Below, piece by piece: positions 10,540-20,125 of a DNA stretch of 64,000 nucleotides. The DNA lies in assembly GCA_001773695.1 (NCBI GenBank), contig MEXN01000005.1, positions 139,316 to 203,315 of the forward strand, written 5' to 3'. A model generated the notes under the pieces. The model saw only the letters and a list, made by a program, of their open reading frames with translations, was not told the DNA's origin and did not search any database. Source of the DNA: Candidatus Amesbacteria bacterium RIFCSPLOWO2_01_FULL_48_25. GTDB lineage: Bacteria; Patescibacteriota; Microgenomatia; CAZETR01; Amesbacteraceae. A program made the translations under genes and the position numbers. Position 1 is the first letter of the stretch, and every line of letters starts with the position of its first letter.

Positions 10540-11571
10540 ATGTCTAATCTGCCCAAAATCGGAATTGATATCGGATCGGCTACTATTAAGGTGGTGGAAT
10601 TAGCGCCGGTTTCTAAAGGTCGGTGGAAATTACTGGCGGCGGCGTCGTCGGTGGTGCCGGTGGGAGGAGTAATGGCAGGAGCGAGCAATCAGGCGGCGAT
10701 AACCAATGCCATTGTCAAGATACTGCGCGAGGCGGGAGTGAGGAGCCGAAAGGCGATAGTGGCGCTGCCTGAGGACCAGATTTCTTCTCATGTGGTGGAG
10801 ATGCCGGTGATGAGTGAGGCGGAGGTGGAGCAGGCGCTACAGTGGCAGGTGGAGCAATATATTCCGATTCCGGCGGACCAGGCGGTGTGGAGCTATCAGA
10901 TTATTCGTCGGGAGCTACCGGGGAATGGAGGAGGAGGAATGGAAGTGCTTTTAGCGGCGGCGGCCCGCCGGATGGTGGAGACGTATCGGCAAGTGGTGGA
11001 ACAGGCGGGGTTGGAGGTGGTGGCCATGGAAACGGAGTTGATGGCGACTGCCCGGGCGGTGGTACCTGAGGCGACGCCGCCTTCTTTGATTGTGGATGTG
11101 GGAGCAAAAAGCACTGACGTGGGAGTGATCGTGGGGGGACAACTGGTATTTGCCAGGACGATTCCGACTGCCGGCCAAGCATTTACGAGGGCGATTGAAA
11201 CTACTTTGGGGTTGGATACTAAACAGGCAGAACAATATAAGAACACGTATGGTTTTTCGGCTACTCAATTGCAGGGAAAGTTGACAGCGGCTATGAAGCC
11301 GGTAATGATGGTCATTGCTTCCGAGATTAAAAAGACGATTGATTTTTATGTATCTAAGCATGCAGGAGAAGTGATCCGGATGGTGATATTGTCCGGGGGA
11401 ATCGCAGCTTTACCAGATATTGTGGGGGCGCTGTCGGAATTACTGGGGTTGGAGGTCACAGTGGGCAACCCGTTTTTGCGAGTGGCGGTGGATCAGATGC
11501 AAGCTCGGCAGTTGGCGGACGGTGGTCCGTTTTATGCAGTTTCGATTGGTTTGTCTATGAGGGAAATATGA
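10540..11571 (+). CDS. pilM: Type IV pilus assembly protein PilM (actin-like ATPase fold)
   Basis: MSNLPKIGIDIGSATIKVVEL start, about 343 aa, followed by PilN/PilO-like genes with overlapping stop/start codons. Confidence 0.8.
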   Translation: MSNLPKIGIDIGSATIKVVELAPVSKGRWKLLAAASSVVPVGGVMAGASNQAAITNAIVKILREAGVRSRKAIVALPEDQISSHVVEMPVMSEAEVEQALQWQVEQYIPIPADQAVWSYQIIRRELPGNGGGGMEVLLAAAARRMVETYRQVVEQAGLEVVAMETELMATARAVVPEATPPSLIVDVGAKSTDVGVIVGGQLVFARTIPTAGQAFTRAIETTLGLDTKQAEQYKNTYGFSATQLQGKLTAAMKPVMMVIASEIKKTIDFYVSKHAGEVIRMVILSGGIAALPDIVGALSELLGLEVTVGNPFLRVAVDQMQARQLADGGPFYAVSIGLSMREI

Positions 11572-12080
11572 TAAATTTTCTGCCGCGGGAACAGCAAAAG
11601 AAAGCTAAATTGGCTGGGATACAGCGGTTGGTCGTGACGTCAACCACAGTGGTGTTGACATTATATATCGTAGCTGGGGCTGGTTGGATGGGGTGGTGGG
11701 CGTATTTGGCGAGACGTGAAAGTTCGGTATCTTTGCAGGTTGAAAATCTAAACCGGGAAATAGAAAGGATGGCGGTTAAAGAGGGGCTGGTGAGACAGAT
11801 AGCTGCTCGTTTGGAGGTAGTAGGGACGGCTTTGGAAGAAAAGAAGATTTCGGGCTTGATCCCCCAAGTCTTGGACGAGCGCGTGGTGGTATCAGCATGG
11901 AATTATAGGTTGGGTGGGGTTTACAGGCTGACAGTTTCGGCAGCAAATCCTACTGATTTGGAAGATTATATGGAGAAATTGCAAAAGATTTACCCCAATT
12001 TGAAGGCGGGGACAGTTTCTTGGACCGCGGGAGGTGACTGGAAAGTAGATATCGTACTGGAAGGAGGAACCAATACGTGA
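11568..12080 (+). CDS. pilN: PilN-like bitopic pilus assembly protein
   Basis: MINFLPREQQKK... then a single TM; position after pilM. Confidence 0.6.
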   Translation: MINFLPREQQKKAKLAGIQRLVVTSTTVVLTLYIVAGAGWMGWWAYLARRESSVSLQVENLNREIERMAVKEGLVRQIAARLEVVGTALEEKKISGLIPQVLDERVVVSAWNYRLGGVYRLTVSAANPTDLEDYMEKLQKIYPNLKAGTVSWTAGGDWKVDIVLEGGTNT

Positions 12081-12781
12081 AGTCTAAATGGGGGTGGGCG
12101 GTTTACCCGGTGTTAGTGGGGTTGTTTATATTGTTTACGGTTAAGTCGGTGATCGATGCTAAAAGTTTTGGCTGGAGCCAAACACGAGAGAGACAAAAGA
12201 GGGTAGCTGAGGAGCAGCAGACCGTTTCTAGGTTGGAGGCAAAGCTTGCGATATTGAGAAAGTTATCGGAGGATGAGATGGAAGCTGACTTGTCGGAACT
12301 GATTACGGCCGTGCCGGTATCTAAGCAGTTGTTTGCAGCTGTCGCCCAGGTGAGGATGGCCGCGACAGTGTCGGGGATCAAGTTGGAAAAATACAGTGCG
12401 CAGGTGGGTGACATCCGTGAGGCGACGGTGAGTGCTCAGAAAGCCAATTCCGATGCGCTACAATTGGCAGTGCTTTTGAATGTGTTTGATCTGCATCAAT
12501 TACGGGAGTTTTTGGAGGTGCTGGAACGGCAGTTGCCCGTCGCTAGAGTGACTGAAGTTGAGTTTGGGGGAAAAAGTGGAGTTCGGGTGACGGTGAAACA
12601 GGGTTATTCCCCGTGGGTGAAGTCGGGAGCGACAGTAGACCAGCCATTGCCAGACTATCAGTCGAAACTGTTACAGGTGAAGAACAAACTGGAGTTGTAT
12701 GAAAGATTGTCCCAGTCGAACATGGCAGAGGCTGAGGAAATAGGGACGGCTAGTGGGAATCTGGGCGGGAGTCTGTTTTAG
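12077..12781 (+). CDS. pilO: PilO-like pilus assembly protein
   Basis: N-terminal TM, coiled-coil; position after pilN. Confidence 0.5.
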   Translation: MKSKWGWAVYPVLVGLFILFTVKSVIDAKSFGWSQTRERQKRVAEEQQTVSRLEAKLAILRKLSEDEMEADLSELITAVPVSKQLFAAVAQVRMAATVSGIKLEKYSAQVGDIREATVSAQKANSDALQLAVLLNVFDLHQLREFLEVLERQLPVARVTEVEFGGKSGVRVTVKQGYSPWVKSGATVDQPLPDYQSKLLQVKNKLELYERLSQSNMAEAEEIGTASGNLGGSLF

Positions 12782-13010
12782 AGATGGGTGGAGCATTTAA
12801 GGTGAGGGATGTGGGGGGGAGATTATGGAGGCTACAGTAAGCTTTGAAAAGAGTTCTGAGGCTGTTTATGATTTGGCCGTGTTTGCCTATTACCCGGCCT
12901 GTATCCTCGGGGCTGACTGAAATCGATATGTTGCCGGGGTTAGTGGAGATTTGTAGTGATTCGGGCTTGGAAAGGAGCGGGCGGATAAGAAAGGTTAAAA
13001 ATTCTTCCAT
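12750..13010 (-). CDS. KH-domain RNA-binding protein (YlqC/UPF0109-like) downstream of rpsP
   Basis: GRVIGKHGQIINSLR KH motif. Conserved rpsP-KH gene pair. Confidence 0.55.
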   Translation of the reverse strand: MEEFLTFLIRPLLSKPESLQISTNPGNISISVSPEDTGRVIGKHGQIINSLRTLFKAYCSLHNLPPTSLTLNAPPISKTDSRPDSH

Positions 13011-13219
13011 AGTTTTCGGAGGGAGTTGGTGGGTTGGGCACCCTTTTTTACCCAGGACTTAAGAAGGTTATGGTCCACTGTCAGCTTTTTGGAGTCTGGG
13101 TGGTAGTGACCTAAGGAGGCAATAAAGCGACCAGTAATTTTGGAATTTTCTTCCATGACTACTACCCGGTAGTGGATATCGTGCTTTTTTCCTGTGGGAG
13201 AAAGCTTAATTTTGAGCAT
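12995..13219 (-). CDS. rpsP: 30S ribosomal protein S16
   Basis: MLKIKLSPTGKKHDIHYRVVVMEENSKITGRFIASLGHYHP matches the S16 N-terminus. Confidence 0.85.
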   Translation of the reverse strand: MLKIKLSPTGKKHDIHYRVVVMEENSKITGRFIASLGHYHPDSKKLTVDHNLLKSWVKKGAQPTNSLRKLWKNF

Positions 13220-13237
13220 AAATATGGGGTTATTATA

Positions 13238-13894
13238 TCAGCTGGGAAATAGTTTATCCAGAGCAGCGATGGCTGCAGCAGTTTCGGCCTTTTGCTTGCT
13301 GGGGCCGGTGCCGGTAACAAGTGTATGCCCTGGGATTTGTACTTGGACTGTGAAAGTTTTGGCGTGATCCGGCCCGCTGGTTGAGTTTACATGGTATGCA
13401 GGGGTGCCGAGACCCTGGCTTTGGGATTTTTCCTGAAGAAGGCTTTTGGGGTCTTTGGTGGGAAGATCGCTGGTAAGAACTGAATCTGGGAAAACCTGGG
13501 TTAGGTAAGTCTCGCAAGTTGGTAGCCCGGAATCGAGATAAAGAGCACCCAAAACCGCTTCGAAAGTGTTGGCCAAGAGGGAGGGGTTGGACCTGCCCCC
13601 AGAGTCTTCTTCGCCACGACTTAAGAGAAGCATTTTGTCTAAGCCTAAGGAGAGTGCTTTTTGGGACAGAGTGGAAGTTTGAACCAGATAGGACCTACGA
13701 TTTGTGAGCTCACCCTCGGTAATATCGGGGAGAAGGCGGTAAAGGCGGTGGGAAATTACAAACGAGAGAATGGCGTCGCCTAAAAATTCTAGCCGTTCGT
13801 TGGAACTGATTCCAGGGTGTTCATTGCAGTAGGACCGGTGGACAAGGGCGGACTTGAGGTTGTTGGGCTCGTGAAAAAGTGAGGCGAGGTTCAT
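13238..13894 (-). CDS. rnc: Ribonuclease III
   Basis: [15 protein letters not shown] signature plus C-terminal dsRBD ([13 protein letters not shown]). Confidence 0.85.
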   Translation of the reverse strand: MNLASLFHEPNNLKSALVHRSYCNEHPGISSNERLEFLGDAILSFVISHRLYRLLPDITEGELTNRRSYLVQTSTLSQKALSLGLDKMLLLSRGEEDSGGRSNPSLLANTFEAVLGALYLDSGLPTCETYLTQVFPDSVLTSDLPTKDPKSLLQEKSQSQGLGTPAYHVNSTSGPDHAKTFTVQVQIPGHTLVTGTGPSKQKAETAAAIAALDKLFPS

Positions 13895-14493
13895 GAGGGT
13901 GGGGAGTCTGGCTCAGAATCTTGTTCCAAGGCGTTTATTAGGTCGCCAACCGTGAGTATTTGAGCCAGTTTGTCTTCTGGTAAGATGACGTTAAGTGAAT
14001 CCTGGAGGCGTTGGAGTAAGTCTGACACATTTTGCTCGGTTAGGTCCAAGTCAGTCGTAAAGTTGAGGTCAGGGGTAACCGTCGCCAGGTCTTTTTTGAA
14101 TTCGTCGGCGAGAAAGTTTAATATAGCGGATTTGAGGTTTGGGTTCATATGGGATTTGATAATGTGGCCCAGAGCACCGTTTATGAATGCCGGTGAGTTT
14201 GCCCCGCCGTATTCTTTGGCTAACTCGATGGCCTCATCAATGATAACCTTGTAAGGGGCTTTTTTGTCAACGGTCAATTCGTAGACGGCCAGCCTGAGAA
14301 TGGCCAGGTCGATGGGGTTGAGCTTGTCGATGGGCCACTCCGGGGCAGCGGCAGCAATGAGTGGGTCTATTTGGGGCAACTGTTTCCAGAGATCTGTGAC
14401 GAGAGGGTCCGGTTTGTTTTGAAACGAGGATGAAAAGAGATGTTGGATTATCTTGGTGCGGCGTTGGTGTCTGGGATCTGAGCGGGTTTTCAT
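13891..14493 (-). CDS. nusB: NusB antitermination factor fused to a C-terminal acyl-carrier-protein-like domain (phosphopantetheine Ser apparently replaced)
   Basis: N-terminal 135 aa is NusB-like ([10 protein letters not shown]..., [37 protein letters not shown]). The C-terminal 65 aa aligns to ACP helices ([18 protein letters not shown]...[11 protein letters not shown] versus [21 protein letters not shown]...). Sits where acpP lies next to rnc in the Firmicute/E. coli gene order. Confidence 0.6.
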   Translation of the reverse strand: MKTRSDPRHQRRTKIIQHLFSSSFQNKPDPLVTDLWKQLPQIDPLIAAAAPEWPIDKLNPIDLAILRLAVYELTVDKKAPYKVIIDEAIELAKEYGGANSPAFINGALGHIIKSHMNPNLKSAILNFLADEFKKDLATVTPDLNFTTDLDLTEQNVSDLLQRLQDSLNVILPEDKLAQILTVGDLINALEQDSEPDSPPS

Positions 14494-14541
14494 TTCACCT
14501 TTGGGCCTTTGTATGAAATCGCATTGATATGGTAGTTATGG

Positions 14542-14715
14542 TCACGATCTCATATCTCTACCGTGATAGTAGCCGCAGTGGGAGCAGACGCGGTGGGGGC
14601 GGGTGGGTTGGTGGCAGTTGGAGCAAGGAACCAGGGCTGGAATGGAGATTTTGTGAGTGGCCCGGCGTTTGCCTTGGCGATGAGTGGACCAGCGACGCTT
14701 GGGAAGTGGAGTCAT
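14542..14715 (-). CDS. rpmF: 50S ribosomal protein L32 (below the 60-aa ORF-track threshold)
   Basis: Reverse strand translates MTPLPKRRWSTHRQGKRRATHKISIPALVPCSNCHQPTRPHRVCSHCGYYHGRDMRS, the L32 pattern with its C-x2-C...C-x2-C zinc ribbon. Confidence 0.75.
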   Translation of the reverse strand: MTPLPKRRWSTHRQGKRRATHKISIPALVPCSNCHQPTRPHRVCSHCGYYHGRDMRS

Positions 14716-14733
14716 GTGGCTAGATTATATAGC

Positions 14734-15096
14734 CTATTTTGGAATTTGCCTAGTTTGATGGTTGACGCCTAGCAGTGCGACACCGGTCAAGAGGACGTCC
14801 GTTATTTCGTAGCCGAGATAAAGAAGCTCAGGTGCTAATAACAATAGACCGGCAATGAGGGGAGGTATATGTTCGCTGGCGGTAGCGGTAAGCGATATGA
14901 TAAACCCGGCGGCGCAAACCCTAAATCCGTGTTGGAGGAGTTTTTTTTGGTTGTTCTGAGCAGTTGAAGGTATTTCAGCTTTAGAATTGGGACTCGTGAT
15001 TTGGGGGAAAATGGGAGCCAGCATGTGATTGGCAAATCGATTACCAGCGTCTTTGAGGACTCCTATTCCTACTGAAAAAGATGATTCTGATGACAT
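14734..15096 (-). CDS. Hypothetical small membrane protein
   Basis: 120-aa ORF with a hydrophobic C-terminal half, between recG and rpmF. Confidence 0.3.
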   Translation of the reverse strand: MSSESSFSVGIGVLKDAGNRFANHMLAPIFPQITSPNSKAEIPSTAQNNQKKLLQHGFRVCAAGFIISLTATASEHIPPLIAGLLLLAPELLYLGYEITDVLLTGVALLGVNHQTRQIPK

Positions 15097-17049
15097 TTAG
15101 TTGGGCTGGACAAGGGCAATCTTATCTTTTTGAGTGAGTTTGTGCAAAAGCGGGTATTGGTCTAGGTCAGGAAAGATTTCTTTGGCTTCCTTTTTGGCCT
15201 TTTCAATGAGCGATAGGTCGGTGTAGGCGGCGATTTTGAGTTGGGGTGTGCCGTGCTGGGCGGTGCCGTAAATTTGACCGGGGCCGCGAAGGCGGAGGTC
15301 AATTTCGGCAAGCTCGATACCGGAGTGGTGGGTTTCCAAGGCTTTAAGTCTTTGTGTATCTGAATCGGAAAATAAGAGGCAGTAGGACTGGTCGGAAGAG
15401 CGACCTACGCGGCCGCGAAGTTGATGAAGCTGGGCCAGGCCGAAGCGCTCGGCAGCCTCGATAACCATGAGTGTGGCATTGGGGATGTCCAGTCCGACTT
15501 CGACGACCGGAGTAGTAACTAATATATCTAACTCCCCGGCTCTGAATTTATTTATGACTTCATCCTTTTCTTTTGCCTTTAACTTGCCGTGAAGAAGACC
15601 AAGCCTATTTTTGGCAAACGTTTCTTTTAATTTTTTAAATTCGACAGTGGCTGCTTTGACTGATTTGACAGACTCGCTTTCTTCGATAAATGGACAGACG
15701 ATAAAAGCTTGTGATTGGCGATCGGTGATTAGTGATTTGATCCACTCATAAGCGGCGGCGCGTTTGGTTTCGGGGACGACCCAGGTTTTGACTTTGAGCC
15801 TTCCTTGGGGGGGGTCAGTTAGGACTGAGAGGTCCAGATCTCCATATAGAGACAGAGCGACAGTTCTGGGAATGGGGGTGGCGGTCATGGTGAGGATATG
15901 GGGAGATTCTCCTTTGGAAGCCGCAAGGGTGCGTTGGGTGACGCCAAAACGGTGCTGTTCGTCGATAACTACGAGACCTATCCGGTTGAAAGATTTATTA
16001 AGGAGAGCGTGAGTACCGACTATGACATGGCTTGCTTGCTGAATGGCTTTATGGCTGGAGGTTATTATGTCGACATTGATACCTAATGGTTCGAAGAGGG
16101 ATTTGAGAGTGATGTAGTGTTGGGAGGCAAGTATCTGGGTGGGGGCTAAAATGAGTGTTTGGAAGCCATTGAGGTGAGTGCTGTAAGCGGCGATAGTGGC
16201 GACTACAGTTTTACCTGAGCCGACGTCGCCTTCCAGAAGCCGGTTCATGGGATGAGGTAAAGAGAGATCGGCAAGAATTTCTTTCAGGCTTTGGTTTTGT
16301 GAAGGAGTTAGAGTGAATGGCAGGGAAGAGACAAACTGGAGAATTTTGGCTTGGTCGATGTGGAAAGGATGGGTAAGCTTGATTTGGTGCCAGGATTGTT
16401 TGTGAATGAGTGATGTGAGTTGAAGTAAAAATAGCTCATCAAAAGCCAAGCGACGATGGGCGGGAGCGACCTGATCCAGGCTTTCGGGGAAATGAATATG
16501 TCTTAGGGAGTTGGGGTCAAACGGGGGAATATTGTCAAGATGGCCAAGGAGAGGGAATATTTTGGCGCGGAGCCATTTGGAGCTTACCCCTGCCGTTTCC
16601 GGGTAAATCGGGACGATTCTTCCCATGTGGATAAGCGCTGGGTTATTAGTCGTTTGCTCATAATCGGGGGAAATAATGGACTTTTTGGGGCCGAAGAAAT
16701 CTACTTTTCCGTGGAGTCCGATGATGTCCCCCACTCTTAGGGTGCGAGTCAGAAAAGTCTGGTTGAACCAGACTATGTCAATGGGTCCTGAATCGTCGGA
16801 AACGACGGCTTTTTGGATGAGTTTGCGGCTGCGGGTGAACTCATTTTTGATCGATTCAATTTTGCCGATGATGGTGACTGTTTCCCCGGGCTGGACAGTA
16901 AAGAGGGAAGAAATTTGGGACCGGTCTTCATAGCGGAAGGGCAGATGATAGAGGAGATCGAAGATGGACGAGAGGCCCAACTTACTCAGTTTTTTGGCCA
17001 TGATGGGACCGACACCGGGAAGGGAGGTGACGGGAGATGCGAGGTCCAT
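15097..17049 (-). CDS. recG: ATP-dependent DNA helicase RecG
   Basis: N-terminal wedge region (LPGVGPIMAKKLSKLGLSSIFDLLYHLPFRYEDRS), DEQH helicase motifs, 650 aa. Confidence 0.85.
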   Translation of the reverse strand: MDLASPVTSLPGVGPIMAKKLSKLGLSSIFDLLYHLPFRYEDRSQISSLFTVQPGETVTIIGKIESIKNEFTRSRKLIQKAVVSDDSGPIDIVWFNQTFLTRTLRVGDIIGLHGKVDFFGPKKSIISPDYEQTTNNPALIHMGRIVPIYPETAGVSSKWLRAKIFPLLGHLDNIPPFDPNSLRHIHFPESLDQVAPAHRRLAFDELFLLQLTSLIHKQSWHQIKLTHPFHIDQAKILQFVSSLPFTLTPSQNQSLKEILADLSLPHPMNRLLEGDVGSGKTVVATIAAYSTHLNGFQTLILAPTQILASQHYITLKSLFEPLGINVDIITSSHKAIQQASHVIVGTHALLNKSFNRIGLVVIDEQHRFGVTQRTLAASKGESPHILTMTATPIPRTVALSLYGDLDLSVLTDPPQGRLKVKTWVVPETKRAAAYEWIKSLITDRQSQAFIVCPFIEESESVKSVKAATVEFKKLKETFAKNRLGLLHGKLKAKEKDEVINKFRAGELDILVTTPVVEVGLDIPNATLMVIEAAERFGLAQLHQLRGRVGRSSDQSYCLLFSDSDTQRLKALETHHSGIELAEIDLRLRGPGQIYGTAQHGTPQLKIAAYTDLSLIEKAKKEAKEIFPDLDQYPLLHKLTQKDKIALVQPN

Positions 17050-17208
17050 TTTTTAAAACGATATGTACGGAAGGATAGAAGTGGCGAGAAGTGCTAGGGA
17101 GGCAACTACGACCATGATGGTCCAGAGGCGTTTTTGACGACGGTTGAGGGTCATATTTGGTATTATTATACAACTGTGGACTGGTGGGAGTTGTTGCGAG
17201 AAAAGCAA

Positions 17209-19740
17209 ATGAAATTAAGATATCTTAAACCCCGGACGAAGATTTATATCGGGGGGAGGTGGATGGTGAGGCTGGCCGCTTTGGTGCTGATTAGCTTGGT
17301 GGTGGGGGTAGTGGGAATGGTGGCGGGACTAGCTTACATTGCCCGGGACTTGCCTAGTCCAGATCGGGTGGTAAGGAGAGAGGGTTTTTCGACAAAGATT
17401 TATGACCGGAACGGAAAACAATTGTACGACGTGTTTGAGAATGAAAGGCGGATTCCAGTGAGCTTGACCGATGTGCCGGAAGTATTACGCCAGGCTACTA
17501 TAGCTATTGAAGACCGAAATTTTTACTCGCATCAGGGGTTTGACCCCTGGGGAATTTTCCGCGCGGCTGTAAAGACCGTAGTTTACAGGCGATTGCAGGG
17601 CGGTTCCACGTTGACCCAGCAATTGGTAAAGAACACGCTTTTGACTTCTAGCCGGACGTTGTCGCGTAAGATCAAAGAATTTATTTTGACGCTTCAAGTG
17701 GAGAATCGGTATTCCAAGGATCAGATTTTGCAGATGTATTTGAATGAGGTGGCATACGGGGGAACGGCAGGGGGGGTAGAGGCGGCGGCGGAAACGTATT
17801 TTAATAAGCCGGTGAAAGATGTGAATTTGGCCGAGGCAGCAGTGCTAGCTGGTTTGCCCCAGTCGCCTTCGACGTATTCGCCCTTTGCGGGCCAGCTGTA
17901 CATTGGCCGGGCGGGGGAAGTATTGCGGCGGATGCGAGAAGATGGATATATCACTTCCCAGCAGGAGAAAGAAGCGAAAGTGCAGTTACCAAATCTGGTT
18001 ATTGCCAGTCAGTCCGGCGTGTTGAAAGCACCGCATTTCGTGTTTTATGTTAAGCAACGCTTGAGCGAAAGATACGGGGAGAAGATCGTGGAAACGGGCG
18101 GATTGAAAGTGACGACGACGCTTGATCTGGACTTGCAGGAGAAGGTGCAAAAAGCTGTTACGGAGGAGATATCTAAGGTTAAGCACCTGAAAATCACTAA
18201 CGGAGCGGCAGTAGTCGAAGATGTGAATACTGGTCAGATAATGGCAATGGTGGGCAGCCGGGGATGGGATGACCCGGATTATGACGGGAAATACAATGTG
18301 GCTACGGCAAAGAGGCAGCCGGGATCGGCTATAAAGCCGGTTACTTACCTGGCAGGTTTGCGCAAGGGGTACACGGCGGCTACGCTTCTTTTGGATACGA
18401 AAACTTCTTTTCCCGGGGGAGATAAGCCGGAATATGTTCCGGAAAACTATGACGGCAAATACCATGGACCAATGCTGGTGCGGGAAGCCCTGGGTAATTC
18501 TATTAACGTGCCGGCGGTGAAGATGCTGTCACTCGTGGGGATAAAAGAGATGCTAACCGTGGCATATGACTTGGGTGTGACAACGCTGGAACCGACTGCG
18601 GAACTTTTAAAAAGAGTAGGTTTGTCGGTGACACTGGGAGGCGGGGAAGTACGGCTTCTGGATCTGGTGACGGCGTATAGCGCGTTTGGAAATGGCGGAA
18701 CAAAGGTTGAGCCGGTGGCGATACTTAAAGTGACGGATAGTGAGGGAAAGGTACTTGAGGAATGGCGGGACGAACCTAGAAGAAAAGTAATTTCGGAGGG
18801 TGAGGCATTTATTGTTTCGTCGATTTTATCTGACGGGGCAGCGAGGTCCTTAACTTTCGGGACGAGGAGTTCGATTAATGTAGAGGGGCGGTCGATTGCT
18901 GTCAAGACCGGAACTACCAACGACAAGCGGGACAATTGGACTTTAGGGTGGACAAACCGCGGGGTAATTGCCGGGGTGTGGGTGGGCAATAATGACAACT
19001 CTTCCATGAAAGAAGTGGCGTCGGGAGTGACGGGTGCGGCTCCAATTTGGAGGAAAGTGATACTGGCGGCTATCGGAAACAGCGCGAACCGGCCATTTGA
19101 AAAGCCTGGTGATGTGGTTGAAGTGGATGTTGACGTCTTATCTGGGTATCCATCCCATGATGGTTTTGCTTCTAAAAAGGAATATTTCGTATCTGGGACG
19201 GAGCCGACCGGGGATGATCCGGTGCATAAAAAAATAAAAGTATGTAAAGGCGAAGGCAAGCTAGCTACGGTGACTGACGTGGGAAGCGGGAATTACGAGG
19301 AAAAAGAGGCCTATTACTTTAAGGAAGAGGATCCGTTTTTTGCCGCTAATGGTAATGTTAATAAGTGGCAGGAGGGTCTTTTGGGTTGGCTGAACGAGCA
19401 ACAAGATCCTAAATATCACCCGCCGACGGAGTATTGCTCCGGAACAAGTTCTCTGTGGATTAATATTCTATCTCCGGGCGACAAATCTCGAGTGAACACT
19501 AACGATGTGGAAGTGAGGATTGAGGTGTTGGATAACTATAAAGTGACGCAGGTGGAAGTGTATGTAGATGAAAGCTTGAAGACAGTTTTGAATAATGAGC
19601 CATGGACGGTGACTTTGACCGTACCCGACGGTGTGCACAGAATTGGTGTCAAAGCGAAGGATGAGAAAGGGTTTGACGGTTCGAGGTTTGTTGATATCGG
19701 GGTGAATCAAGACTGGCAGTCTCCCACCCCAGCCCCTTGA
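17209..19740 (+). CDS. Class A penicillin-binding protein (transglycosylase + transpeptidase) with C-terminal Ig-like extension
   Basis: Transglycosylase motifs (EDRNFYSHQGFDP, RLQGGSTLTQQLVKN), SxxK/KTG transpeptidase region, N-terminal TM. ORF-track start at 17134; the Met at 17209 is more likely. Confidence 0.8.
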   Translation: MKLRYLKPRTKIYIGGRWMVRLAALVLISLVVGVVGMVAGLAYIARDLPSPDRVVRREGFSTKIYDRNGKQLYDVFENERRIPVSLTDVPEVLRQATIAIEDRNFYSHQGFDPWGIFRAAVKTVVYRRLQGGSTLTQQLVKNTLLTSSRTLSRKIKEFILTLQVENRYSKDQILQMYLNEVAYGGTAGGVEAAAETYFNKPVKDVNLAEAAVLAGLPQSPSTYSPFAGQLYIGRAGEVLRRMREDGYITSQQEKEAKVQLPNLVIASQSGVLKAPHFVFYVKQRLSERYGEKIVETGGLKVTTTLDLDLQEKVQKAVTEEISKVKHLKITNGAAVVEDVNTGQIMAMVGSRGWDDPDYDGKYNVATAKRQPGSAIKPVTYLAGLRKGYTAATLLLDTKTSFPGGDKPEYVPENYDGKYHGPMLVREALGNSINVPAVKMLSLVGIKEMLTVAYDLGVTTLEPTAELLKRVGLSVTLGGGEVRLLDLVTAYSAFGNGGTKVEPVAILKVTDSEGKVLEEWRDEPRRKVISEGEAFIVSSILSDGAARSLTFGTRSSINVEGRSIAVKTGTTNDKRDNWTLGWTNRGVIAGVWVGNNDNSSMKEVASGVTGAAPIWRKVILAAIGNSANRPFEKPGDVVEVDVDVLSGYPSHDGFASKKEYFVSGTEPTGDDPVHKKIKVCKGEGKLATVTDVGSGNYEEKEAYYFKEEDPFFAANGNVNKWQEGLLGWLNEQQDPKYHPPTEYCSGTSSLWINILSPGDKSRVNTNDVEVRIEVLDNYKVTQVEVYVDESLKTVLNNEPWTVTLTVPDGVHRIGVKAKDEKGFDGSRFVDIGVNQDWQSPTPAP

Positions 19741-19763
19741 CGTATTTGATACAATCAGGGTGA

Positions 19764-20069
19764 ATGAGTTATCCGCCTAAGGTAGGGATAGCGGGTGCGG
19801 TGCACCATGAGAGGGAGAGCTTTCGGTCTGGGTGGGAAAAGGCGCGGGAGCTTTTGGGCCAGAAAGTGTATCGAGGAGAAATCCCGGCTGGAGATTTGGA
19901 GCTGTTGAGTGCTTGGTATGTGATTAGGAGTGAGTTGTTGGTGAGTCGTGATGGGAAAGCTTTTGATAAAAGGAGGGTGGAGTTTGAATCAGGACTGCCT
20001 GAGGGAAATGACAAATTGGATAACGCTATTGTTTTGATCACCCAGATTATGGCTGAGAACGGGATTTAG
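19764..20069 (+). CDS. Hypothetical protein
   Basis: 101-aa ORF, no recognisable motif. Confidence 0.3.
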   Translation: MSYPPKVGIAGAVHHERESFRSGWEKARELLGQKVYRGEIPAGDLELLSAWYVIRSELLVSRDGKAFDKRRVEFESGLPEGNDKLDNAIVLITQIMAENGI

Positions 20070-20125
20070 ACGGGTGAGAGTCGGCTGTAGATTTGGTGAG
20101 TTGACGGGGTTGATACAATGTTTGC

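Noticed and set aside
14529-14772. Plus-strand ORFs (64 and 69 aa) at the rpmF locus
   Set aside because: Mirror images of the minus-strand L32 gene, which has a clear family signature.
14734-15096. YceD/DUF177 assignment for the gene upstream of rpmF
   Set aside because: Position fits yceD-rpmF synteny, but the sequence has none of the conserved Cys pairs and looks like a small membrane protein.
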